A stretch of 64,000 bases of DNA from Owenia fusiformis (taxonomy: Eukaryota): contig CAIIXF020000001.1 of assembly GCA_903813345.2 (NCBI GenBank), forward strand, positions 32,736,001-32,800,000, given 5' to 3'. The notes beneath the pieces are model-generated. The model did not search any database. It worked only from the letters and a program-made list of their open reading frames with translations, and was not told the DNA's origin. The number at the start of each line of letters is the position of its first letter. The first letter of the stretch is position 1. This document shows positions 12,928 through 23,828 of this stretch, one piece after another. Both the position numbers and the translations under genes were made by a program.

Positions 12928-13129
12928 CAATAGTTCGGCCTACTTTTTTTCGTTCATGAAGTATTATCTTTCTAAATCCTAAGTTTGGGGCTCAAACAAA
13001 TTTGAAAAATTTGGATTTTTTTGTTATATTTGAAATTTTGTTTTGTTTTATTTGAATTCAAACAATAATTTGAAAGAAATTAAAAGAAAAAAAATGCGAC
13101 AAAAAAATTGAACAAAAAAATGAATTTTG

Positions 13130-14170
13130 ATTAAAAAGTGATATTCAATGGTTTGGGACATTTTTGCTAAAATATGATATCTTAAATCCACATATCAAAT
13201 ATATATCTTCACGTGATATTCGATCTATATCCTTGCAACCATGGGATAATATAGGAATATCTTATGGTTTTGTAAAAATATCATTTATATTCATGAGCGC
13301 AGTTGATGAGTGACGATATTGATATCAATGAATGAATATAAATGATATTTTTTAAAACCATTGGATTGTCCGTTTATCCCAGGGAAACCATTACCCATTA
13401 ATGTCCATGAGTGGATATATGATATCTTCACAAGTAGGCGCAGTGAATGAGAAAAGATATTGATATCCATGAGTGGATATAAATTATATTTTTTCAAAAC
13501 CATAGGATTGTCCGTACATACATATATATCCCCCGCTGTATATCTCTCGCTCCAATATTCCGGGGAAAACGTTTTTGTTCAGAGTGTAGAAACAGTCAAT
13601 TTTTTATATGTTATATCTTGCAAAAGCGAAACTGTCAAAATGGATGCAGCAGACGGTAGCATTTCTTTTGACCAAAATGTTGATGGTTTTTTCGAAAATA
13701 ATGAGAATGAGAACACTTTAAAAAACAAATCTGCACTATTGGTGTCCTAAAAACCGCACTCGTGAAATCTGACTTGTCATGAGATAAATCAGTTATGCGA
13801 TGCTCGGTTTTTAATATGGGGTATATCCCTCGGGAAATATGATATCTTACCTCGGACCGTCCGGGCCCTCGGTAAGATATCTATATTCCCCTTAGCAAGA
13901 TAGGATATATCCCAAATACAGAACCTCCCATAACCCTCATTTATCCCATGGTTGCAAGGATATAGATCGAATATCACCTGACGATATATTTGATATGTGG
14001 ATCAAGATATCATATTTTAGCAAAAAACAACCATCGAATATCACTTTTGAAACCATCGAATCTCACTTTTTCATATTAGAAATCTTGAAACCATCGAGTA
14101 TCACCTTTTATATTAAAAGTGATATTCCATGGTTTCAAAAGTGATATTTGATGGTTTCGATTTTTTAAAA
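13130..14170. mobile_element. Second cluster of abutting hairpin-bearing (Crypton-like) units
   Basis: The end ...TGCAACCATGGGATAA (to 13248) and its inverse TTATCCCATGGTTGCA (from ~13941) match the end at ~7186. Hairpins at ~13250-13372, 13400-13515 and 13785-13945. Confidence 0.6.
13640..13750 (+). pseudogene. N-terminal remnant resembling Crypton (DUF3504-type tyrosine recombinase) ORFs
   Basis: MDAADGSISFDQNVDGFFENNENENTLKNK resembles the 'D.F....ENENT.K.T' N-terminal motif I recall from invertebrate Crypton proteins. Only 36 aa, unverified. Confidence 0.4.
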
Positions 14171-15926
14171 TTTTCGTATACTTTACATCAAACAACTGAT
14201 CAACAGAACAAAACAGTCTGGCATGTAAAGGAGAAAGCGAAATAGTCTAGTCTGCCGGAACAGTATGGCTTTCACATAAGTGATACAATAATGGCAATAC
14301 GAATTGCCATTATTTCACACTTGAAATTATCTGCAACTTTACCCATAGGATTCGTTATTTATTGAACCATAGCACATACACAGCTATTCGACAGATATGT
14401 TACTTTTAAATTAATAACATAAATAAAAAGCACATTGCTTATTTAGTCATTTATCAATGGTTCAAAACTCACGTTCCACACTGTGGCTAGTCGATCTATG
14501 TGGATGCAGTCAGGCACATGTAATGTTTCGTGAGTACCCGCCTCTGTACTTTTCAATGGAAGAATTTTGCACTTCTGTTTAAATAATCTATATTTACTCA
14601 TCCGTGTAAATCATACTTCATTGATTTACAAAACCAAAGCTACGCTATAAACACACATTCTCTGATATTTTTACGGAGAATAGATAACTCAAACGAGTTC
14701 ATTCGACCAGTTGAATCATCTCGCTCATAGCTGTGAGAAGGTATGTATAAGTTGCCATAGGTTTACCTTATAATGGGGAATAAAAAATTCAAGTAATATA
14801 ATTATTTCACGTACACAAATATGTCTGTGTGAAGTAAAATACAAATACAATGCGTTTTATAATATTTTTGGCGTTATGGTATGAAATATCCGCTTTAAAA
14901 AAGCAATTTAATTATGATGTATCATGTGTATTAGTAGACGTTCTGAATGGATTCAATGAACAGACTAATTGAATCATTTTGAATGTGTGTTTTTTTAATA
15001 ATTTAATCCATTGAAAATATTATTCTTGAATTTAGGTCATTTGTTTCAAGGAATCTGTCGGCTCGTTCAGCTGAGCTGACAAAATCATCAAGATTTACGG
15101 ATGGTCTATCTGTTGGCTGCTCATTGTCACTTTTAAGGAATGTTAATGGCTCTGAAACGTGTAGCCTTGCCCAAGTCGGTATTTAGTGTCTTATTTGATC
15201 TTGAAATATTACCACCTTGTACAATCCAATGCATCATCGCTGATATTATTCAGCGGTTCCGAGATTCCCATAATACCTACGCTACCTAAGGTTATCGCGA
15301 AACATTATTGATTGACAAGATCGCATGGACACGACCTTTGACTTCAGTCTGATTGACCAATCAAAATGTTATCTGTTCTGATCGAGTGTTTCTTGAGAGT
15401 TACAATAGATTATGTTATTAAATGTACATTGGAATGTAAGCAGTCATTAATACTCGTATAAATGAAATCATGCAATTCAATGTTGATTCGAAATCAAAAC
15501 TGAATTTGCGATGGATATGCACAAAGACCTAGTCCGGCAATGTAGGACCGTTGTTGATTGGTCAAATTTTACCGACAAAAACATTGGGTCGGTAAAGCAT
15601 GTGGCTTTCTCTTGGGTACAAGGCGGTTATAATAGAAATCAAGATAAGTAAAAGAGACCGACTTGGGCAAGGCTATGAAACTTGATTTTTATAATCATTT
15701 TATTTAACCTAGAAGGTAACAGTGAACAAGTACCATTATAACCCTCTAGGGTTCTACAATAAATACATTACAATAGCATGAAAACTTAAATAAATATGTC
15801 AGATGAATCTCTGGGTGTGTTGAATGAACTTCTGTATGTGAGTGAAAATAGTTAAATTATCGTTGATTGATATGACATCACTGCGATGATTTTTGAATGT
15901 TTTGCTAAGTTCCGGTAGTTCCCAGT

Positions 15927-18161
15927 GGTACCTGTTACACTGCTGGGTTGAGTCTAACGAAGCATTTTTGTAACGAAGGTTAGCGAAAAAATTGTGTCCA
16001 CACTGGCTTTATCCAACCCTAACGAAGCAATTATTTGGTGTTACACTGCACTTAAAATGCTTCGTTGCACGTGCGCATTACTCATCTGCCCCACCCACTT
16101 ATTATGATTAATATTTTTATTCTTTCAGTCTTTTGATATAAACCATTGATCAAACTCAAAAATCTAATTTTTAATCTTTATTTTAACAAATCAGCACAGA
16201 AAAAGACTAGTTCAAAATTCTTGGGAAAATAAAACAAGATGAATGTGATCATTCCGTACACATGTCCATACATTTTCCCTATCATTTCGATTTTTATATA
16301 TTTCAGCTGTCAATTACGATTACAAGTATTGTTTTCATTTTCTATCATTTCCTTTGGAAAACATATGGAATAAAAATAGGCCTATGTTAATTACTAGGAG
16401 GAATTGGATTTGGGGTTTATACAGACGACTAGTATGTTTTATCGTATAAAAACGTTCAACTTCCAACATTCTCAGTTATATTTCAAATAGTGTAGCCATT
16501 ACTAAAATATCTCGGTGTTCGGCTGGTGGTTTAACTCACGCGGTCCTAACTTCGATCGTTAATTTGAATTTTCGACCTACCAGATGCTTGAAAATCAAGG
16601 ATTGCGAGTCTCATACTGCACCGTTTTTCTTCAAACTTGTTCCATTCAAAGCAAAACAAAATTGCCTTTCTGTCGGTGCATTACTTTATTGTAAAGAGTC
16701 CCTCGTTCTAGCAGCGTTTTGGTCCCCAGCTGTTGGAAGGCCTTCTTACAGCTGGGGACCAAAATGCCGCTGGAAGTAGGGACTCTGTTTAAGAGAATAA
16801 TGTACCATCAGAAAGGGATTTTTGTTATGCTTTGAATGGAACAAGTTTGAAGAAAAACGGTGTAGTATGAGACTCGTAATCCTTGATTTTCAAACATCCG
16901 GTAGGTCAAAAATTCAAATTAACGGTCGAAGTTAGGACCGCGTGTAACTACTATTTCATGATCAATTCCTATTAATATGAATATTACCCGTCTCGCCAAT
17001 ACTCCATGCATATTTGAGTTAGTTTGACATAAATTAGTATGTTAATCCATCAGCCGTCCGTTGAATTCGAAAATGGCGCAAATAGGAAGAAACTTGAATA
17101 TCAGTTGTAAGCATCGTCTTACGACACATCAATAGTGTTTGGGGCTGGCCTAAAACATGCAGCCTCTCTGTGGCAAATATCTGTCGACAAGAAACAATTT
17201 TGGCCACCGTTCCTTGTCCGCAGGTTTTACCGTACATTAAGTTTAAATTCAATTACAATTTAAAATCGTCGAAGAATAAAATAATGGAATGACTAGTACA
17301 AGTACATGTATTGCAATGGGGCGATAGCCAGTTGAATACGATTTCTGAAGAGAGACATTTTCGAATCAATCAAATCGGCTATATTCCCTGATGTGATTCA
17401 CCGGGAAGCAATTGTATCAGTATCATGGTATTAACACCTTTAGAATAACATATAATTACGTATAATTATTCGAGGCGCAAGAAAAAATTAATATTAAAAA
17501 TGTATGCCACAACTTTCTATTTAGTAAGAAGCATATCTTATGTAATTTCAAAAGTTTACCCTTCTACACTTGAGACGGAGTTTTCCGAAAGAGGGACATT
17601 TAAATATTCTAGGTTTATTCTCTAATAGATCAGATAAACGTTTCAAAACTAGCGTATACATATACGGTAAAACCTGCGTTTTTTAGATTTAATACTTTTT
17701 GTCATATCAATGCGAGGAAAGGCAGGGAATCGAATGAAATGCTACGAAAGACGGTAAATCACATTTGTACGTGGCGTTTAGGGCTTGAGTTAGCGTCAAA
17801 CAGTGACGCAAATAGGTAATTATTTTAATCAAAACGTAGCATTATAATAATACGTACTTAAAAACATGTTCTTTCCTCGCGATTCCTCTCATTTAATACA
17901 AAATGATGAATGTGCTCTTTATTACGCGCATGCGCAAACCGCCAACTAAGCATTTTCTAACGAAGCTACCTGTTACACAGGCCATAAAAGCTTCGTTGGG
18001 AGCTAACCTTCGTTGAATTTTCTACTCAATTGTTTCGTTATCAACTAAGCTTTTCCAACGAAGGCGGAGGTGTTACACTGGCCCAAAATTGCTTCGTTAC
18101 GAAGCTTTTTGTCAAATTGCTTCGTAACGAAGCATTTCAACTGGCCTGTGTAACAGGGGTC
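15927..18161. mobile_element. Harbinger-like non-autonomous element interrupting the LINE 3' end
   Basis: Imperfect TIR GGTACCTGTTACAC / GTGTAACAGGGGTC. Subterminal AACGAAGC and TGTTACAC repeats at both ends. LINE ORF2 continues on either side. Flanks AGT/AAT (imperfect). Confidence 0.7.
16537..16944. mobile_element. 408-bp foldback MITE with CACGCGG termini and 5-bp TSD TAACT
   Basis: The whole element is an imperfect palindrome centred near 16740 (GAAGGCCTTC). TAACT at 16532-16536 and 16945-16949. Confidence 0.9.
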
Positions 18162-20860
18162 AATGTTCCCAATATCTCTCACTAGGGTGGCACGTGGGGC
18201 AGCGTAAAGGGGACAGTCAAAGAGAAAATGAGAGATATCTTCTTTAAAATAGCCACAAGGACAGTTTTGAGTCAATAAGGTGATAAGAAAATCGCTGAGC
18301 ATTCAAAGCACTAAGACCCATACGAATTCGAGAATGATTGATTGATGATCTGCTTGCCTTTAAGGAAAATAGTGGATTTTTATGGTTGCAATGGGATAGT
18401 TTGTATTTGTGTTTGAAAGAGGAAGGTAGCTGATGCTTTTGAGTTCTTTGCTTAGATTGTTCCATTTATTTAAAATATAGGGTAAGAATGAGGAGGAGGT
18501 CATTTTTAATCGGCAGTGGGGTAACCTAAAATCATGGATGTTTCTGAGTAAATATCTTTGTTGGGGGTTTTGGATGAATGGTTGAATCAGGTCACTTAGG
18601 TATTGGGGTGCATTTTTATTAGAAATTATATAAAACAGGGCATGCATTTCTCTTCTTTTCTTTAATGTATCCCAGCCGAGCTCTTTCAAAATATTATTGT
18701 AGTTAGTGTGTCTATGAGCTCTGGTACATATAATTGCTGCATCCCTCTGAACTTTTTCTAAGATTTTGCTTTGGTTGTCAGTACAGTTATTGTATATGAC
18801 ATCACAATATTCTAAGACAGATCTTACCATCGAAAAGTAGAGTTTCCAAGTGTTTTTTTTATCAAGATTGTATCTAAAAGCTGATCTTTTGATTAGGGAT
18901 AGGCGCCGATTTGCTTTTGAGGCAAGTTTATTTATATGAGAGTTCCAGTTCATTGTGACAATCTCTTCGACATTCCTCAAAATGGTATTGTTTAAAGTTA
19001 AATCAGGGTAAAGAAATTTGTTCTTTTTCAGAGTTATGGTCAAAAGTTTTGTCTTATTTGCGTTAAAAGTAACTTTCCATGTTTTGGACCATGCTTCCAG
19101 GCGTGCCAAATCACGTTGTATCTTATTTGTACTGATTAATGGGTCTGATACAATCTCCATTAGAGATGTATCATCTGCAAATAAGTTAATATCTGTTTCC
19201 ATTGATGCTACTATATCATTTATAAAAAAAAGAAATAATAAAAGGCTTAATATAGACCCTTGAGGAACACCAGCTTCAAACGCCAATCTGATTCGATTCC
19301 ATCAATAAATACCCGTTGTTTTCTATTTGAAAGGTAACTATCTATCCATTTCAAGAGTTGGCCAGAAATCCCATGCATTTGTAATTTGGAAATAAGACTA
19401 CGGTGCCAAACTTTATCGAATGCCTTGGAGATATCTAGGAAGACAAGAATTTATTTTTGATCATCTAAACCATTATAGATTTTGTTCCCTAAGTTCACTA
19501 ACTGATTCACAGCTGAGTCAAGTGGTTTGAAACCAGAGCTTTTAAGAGTCGGTATGTTGTTTATTAAACAAAATCTATAAATAACATTAAAAACAAGACG
19601 CTCAAGAACTTTGGAAATGCAAGAAAGTAATGAAATTGGCCTGTAATTTCCCTTGATTTGTCTATCATCTTTCATCGGCGAAACATTTGCTTCTTTCAAG
19701 GTTGAAGGAAATATTCCAGTTAAAAGAGAATGGTTGAAAATACCGCATAAGGATGGTGCAAGTCCTAATGCACATTCTTTTAAAAGTTTATTTGAGACAT
19801 TATCTGGACCATTTGATTTAGATATATTGAGAGAAGAAAGGACTTTAAATACTTCATGCTCTTCAAATTGAATTAGATCAAGTCTTGCATTAGTAATATA
19901 TGTCAAGTTTGGAAGAGGCGGATCATTTTGATTAAGTGGTAAGATAGCTTGGTCGGCGAAGTAGTTATTCAAAACGTTTGCCTTGGCTTTAATGTCAGTA
20001 ATTATAACATCATCATTTTCAATGAGAGGAGGTATACCTCTTGAAATTTTTGAGCCGTATAAATTTTTCAAAATAGTAAAGTATAATTTAGGTGAGGTTT
20101 GATTGTCGGATAATTTTGTTTTGAGTGAATTAGTATGGTCATTTTTTGCTTGGATGATTGCATATTTAACTTCGGCTCGTTTTCTACAAAATTTCTCATG
20201 ATCATTTAAATTGTTAGATATTTTGAATTTATGATGAAGAGAATTCCTCTGTTTAATGAGACTTTTTATTTGTTTAGTCATCCAAGGTTTGTCTCTGTTT
20301 GAAACTGTAATGATATTTCTGTGTACATACAAATTCACACAGGACCAAAATAGCAAGTACCAATCTCGAAGAATGTCATCTATGTTAATGTTGTGAAAAT
20401 AAATTACCTCCCATGGTAAGGGGAGAAGATGGTCGCCTAAAAGCACAAAGTTTGTGTTTTTGTAGTCAAATATTGTTCGTTTATATGTAAGTTTTGCTTC
20501 ACGCTTGAAATTGAGTGTGCCAAAAATGAAACAGTGGTCAAGATTTGCAAGTGGTTCACCTACCCCTGAATTCAAAATATAAGCTGGGGAATCTGTTATT
20601 ATAAGATCAAGAATAGAGTTACCTCGAGTCTGTGTTTGGATCATTTGATAAAGATTGAAATGAGAAAGTAAATCAACAAGTTTGTTGCTTAATTCGCTTT
20701 GATTATGTTGGGAGTCCCATGAAGTGCAAGAGTCATTAAAATCACCTAGTAAGACAAGAGAATCTGGTTTCAGATTCACTACTTCATTCAGATTTTCAGA
20801 TAAAAGATCAATAAAATGGTCAGCCTCAGTTTGGTTCATTCCTGGAAGGCGATAGCAAGT
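18162..20860 (-). pseudogene. LINE ORF2 (partial AP endonuclease + reverse transcriptase + C-terminal Cys/His motif), disrupted
   Basis: Motifs LLGDFN, TRGNSILDLIIT, DHC, KPWMT, GPDNV, NYRPISLLS, FLDISKAFDKVWH, GVPQGSIL, LFADD and CPCG...HFLFDCPLY. Stop at 19451 and several frameshifts. Confidence 0.93.
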
Positions 20861-22730
20861 AAACTTGATTTGTGGGTATTCCAGTGGGTTGATGGGTCTT
20901 TGGCTCTGAATTCACTTCATTGGCGTACCTAATTTCAACATTTTCATTGTCATCGTTACATGTTATCGACCTGTTTTTCAAATAAAAGTATTAGGGATAA
21001 AACCATAGTTTTTTCATCTGTAATGGCATTTTCCAGTTGATGGGTTTATATATAGTATTTTCAATTCTTCATGAGGCGGGTGTCTTGTAATGGCGTGGCT
21101 AATCACTTTACTGAGTGAGGAATGTTTATTCAAACAATGGATACAAAGAAATCTGGCCAGTTGTCCATCAGTAAATAAATCATCATGATTAAAGTATAAT
21201 TTAATATAGCATCCATTTGTTACCGTTCTGAATCCAAATGATACATAGTGGCATCCATTTTATACATATATGTTGACGTTTACGAAATGTTTTTCAAATA
21301 TCTTCCCTATAACAGGAATATGGAAGCTGAAACTTTCACACATTGTCATACTATGTATATTGAATATGTATGCACGATTTCAAGTCACTATGTTAAGTAG
21401 AAACTCTGAGATCACTCACTTCGATTTGCTGTCATATTTTTGCAATGATCCCATTCCCTATAATGTACGCGAGTACCCACGATACATTGCATATAAATGA
21501 CTGCATCCACATAGATCGACTAGCCACAGTGTTCCAACCAACCTGTAAAGTGCCAAATTCACGTCTTGCCGCTCGTGTAAAATGAATGAGACCGTGAAAT
21601 AAATAGTACATAGTTATGTAATACTGATCTCACTCACAATCTTTCGCGTACAGGTTCACAACAAGACGACAAAAACGCCCGGCGCTATTGAATTTACACG
21701 TCAACAGGATTATAAAACAAGTCAGACGTGTCGAATGGAGCATAAAGTTACATGATTTGTTGAGCGCGCATCATGTTTCACGTACAGGTACAGGTTACTA
21801 TTTGGTGCAATCTTAAGGTCTCTATTACATGTGCCTGACTGCATCCACATAGATCGATTTGCCACAGTGTACTAAGAATCAACCCTGAAAATTAGAAATT
21901 GATCTAACAAACGGTTCACCTGGAAATGCGTAGACAAGACTTTACAGACAAGATTTTAGGACAGAAAAATCCAAAATGGCCGACAATAAAAAAGTGATGA
22001 TGAGTTTTTGCTGATTTCTTCTTACAAAATTATCACATATAACTACTGTTAACAATAACATAGGCTATTACAACAAGGTACACCTGAAATTATTTATAAA
22101 GCTACTAAATAGTTAAAGTATGAAAACTGAAAAACACCATTCAATATGATACAAAGTATTATCGCGCGCTAACCTAATCAGATGTAGAATGAAGTGAGCT
22201 GAATAGAACAAGATATTAAAGTTTTAAAAGCAACTGTGAAGCCGTTTTTCTTAAAGTTTGCAGACAATGATTTTAGCATTTGACTTCAAAATGGCCGACA
22301 GGAAGTAGGTATCGAGTTAATTTTTTTTTTCATCCACATCATTTGTATGCACTCATAAGTTATCCCTGAAAATTTGAAGGTGATATCTGTAGCGGTTTTG
22401 GAGAAAACTGCCGGACGGACGGACCAACGGACGGACGGACGCCTGGTCGATCCCATAGGCTCACTGTGTGAGCCAAAAATACATGATATAATAGTTTGTT
22501 TCTCAAATGGCGGGAAATTCAAATATCCAATACTTCCAGCGTTACATTACCGTTGTCTTTCTAGATACCGTTGTCAAATATTGCCGTTGTCATTCCCAAT
22601 TACAGCATATTTGACCCACATTTACCGTTGTAATTTATACAGTATCCGTTGTCCCTGTCATATATTGATTGGTTGAATTAAAGCTTAAACATTTCGATAG
22701 TAGAATATTACAATGAGTATGAAGACATAC

Positions 22731-23828
22731 ATTATGGCAATGTCTATACTTTCTATACATTGTCTATACTTTCTATACTTTCGATCTCCTTTTTCATACT
22801 ATCTGCCTTCGACGTTTCTATACTTTCTATACTTTCGAACTGCTTTTTCATACCAACTGCCTTTGGAAAATCAGATGTCTATAGTTTCTATACTTTCGAA
22901 ATGCCCTTTCATACTAACTGCCTTTGACAAAGCAGATGTCTATCTGCTATTTCCCAGAACTGTCTTCGACATATCAGATGTCTATACTTTCTATACTTTC
23001 GATCTGCTTTTTCCCATAACTGTCTTAGACAAATCAGATGTCTATAGTTTCTATACTTTCTATACTTTCTATCTGCTATTTCCCAGAACTGTCTTCGACA
23101 AATCAGATATCTACAGTTTCAATACTTTCTATCTGCTTTTCACAAAACTGTCTTTGACAAATTAGATGTCTATAGTTTCTATACTTTCTATCTGCTATTT
23201 CCCAGAACTGTATTCGACATATCAGATGCATTCGATCTGCTTTTTCCCAGAAATGTCTTAGACAAATCAAATGTCTATAGTTTCTATACTTTCGATCTGC
23301 TTTTCCCCATAACTGTCTTCTACAAATCAGATGTCTATAGTTTCTCTAGTTTCTATACTTTCGATCTGCTTTTCCCCATAACTGTCTTCGACAAATCAAA
23401 TGTCTATAGTTTCTATACTTTCTATACTTTCGATCTGCTTTTCCCCATAACTGTCTTCGACAAATCAGATGTCTATAGTTTCTATACTTTCTATCTGCTT
23501 TTCCCCATAACTGTCTGTTTTTTGCAATACATTGAGGCAATTCACCAAAATCGAAAGTGACCAAGAAACTTATGACGTCACATATTTTTTTACGATGTAT
23601 AGAAAGTATCGAAAGTATAGAAAGTATAGACATAGGGATTTCACCAAAATGTAAAGTATAGAAAGTATCGAAAGTATAGACATAGGGAATTCACCAAAAT
23701 CAAAAGTATATACAGTATAGAAAGTATAGACATGTATAGACTTTAGAGAGTCCAATCGTCTAAGACTGAAAAAAGTATCATTAAAAAAAGCAGTTCGAAA
23801 GTATAGAAAGTATAGAATATGCCATAAT
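22731..23828. mobile_element. Foldback-type element made of ~50-60-bp tandem repeats (CTATACTTT motifs) with inverted ends
   Basis: ATTATGGCA..TCTATACTTTCTATAC at the left end and GTATAGAAAGTATAGA..TGCCATAAT at the right end. Repeat polarity flips near 23520-23600. TSD ambiguous (TA possible). Confidence 0.75.

Larger units (their letters stand above)
15689..20860 (-). mobile_element. 5'-truncated, decayed CR1-group LINE with 11-bp TSD AAACTTGATTT
   Basis: TSD at 15678-15688 and 20861-20871. AATAAA and short A-tail at the 3' end on the minus strand. ORF2 is in pieces; its C-terminal IFTHIQKFIQHTQRFI* lies at ~15800-15860, beyond a 2.2-kb insertion. Confidence 0.9.
14479..21531 (-). mobile_element. 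CACTGTG-ended DNA transposon, copy 2 (inverted), 5-bp TSD TTCCA
   Basis: TIRs at 14479 and ending at 21531. TTCCA at 14474-14478 and 21532-21536. Segments 14479-15688 and 20861-21531 are the reverse complement of copies 1 and 3. Confidence 0.92.
12036..21823. mobile_element. PIF/Harbinger- or ISL2EU-like non-autonomous element (TIR AGAGACCTTAAGAT) nested in copy 1
   Basis: AGAGACCTTAAGAT at 12036 and ATCTTAAGGTCTCT ending at 21823. Subterminal CGTACAGG/GTACGTG repeats at both ends. Flanks AAT/ATT. Copy 2 of the host element is uninterrupted at this site. Confidence 0.7.
10226..21869 (+). mobile_element. CACTGTG-ended DNA transposon (Transib-like termini), copy 1, 5-bp TSD TACTA
   Basis: TIR CACTGTGGCTAGTCGATCTATGTGGATGCAGT at 10226 and its near-perfect reverse complement ending at 21869. 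TACTA at 10221-10225 and 21870-21874; the empty site is reconstructable from neighbouring 161-bp units. Own sequence ~10226-12035 plus 21824-21869. Confidence 0.9.
8738..22479 (+). mobile_element. Helentron/HINE-like non-autonomous element, split by an 11.6-kb nested insertion (own sequence 8738-10225 and 21870-22479)
   Basis: ACAAG start, central tandem array, (GGAC)n microsatellite at 22413-22440, and 3' stem-loop GGCTCAC-TGT-GTGAGCC followed by an A-run. The central repeat resumes in register at 21870. Confidence 0.75.

Noticed and set aside
7186..13248. One 6-kb element bounded by TATCCCATGGTTGCA inverted repeats
   Set aside because: The right repeat lies inside insertions whose TSD-defined boundaries exclude the left one, so they belong to separate copies.
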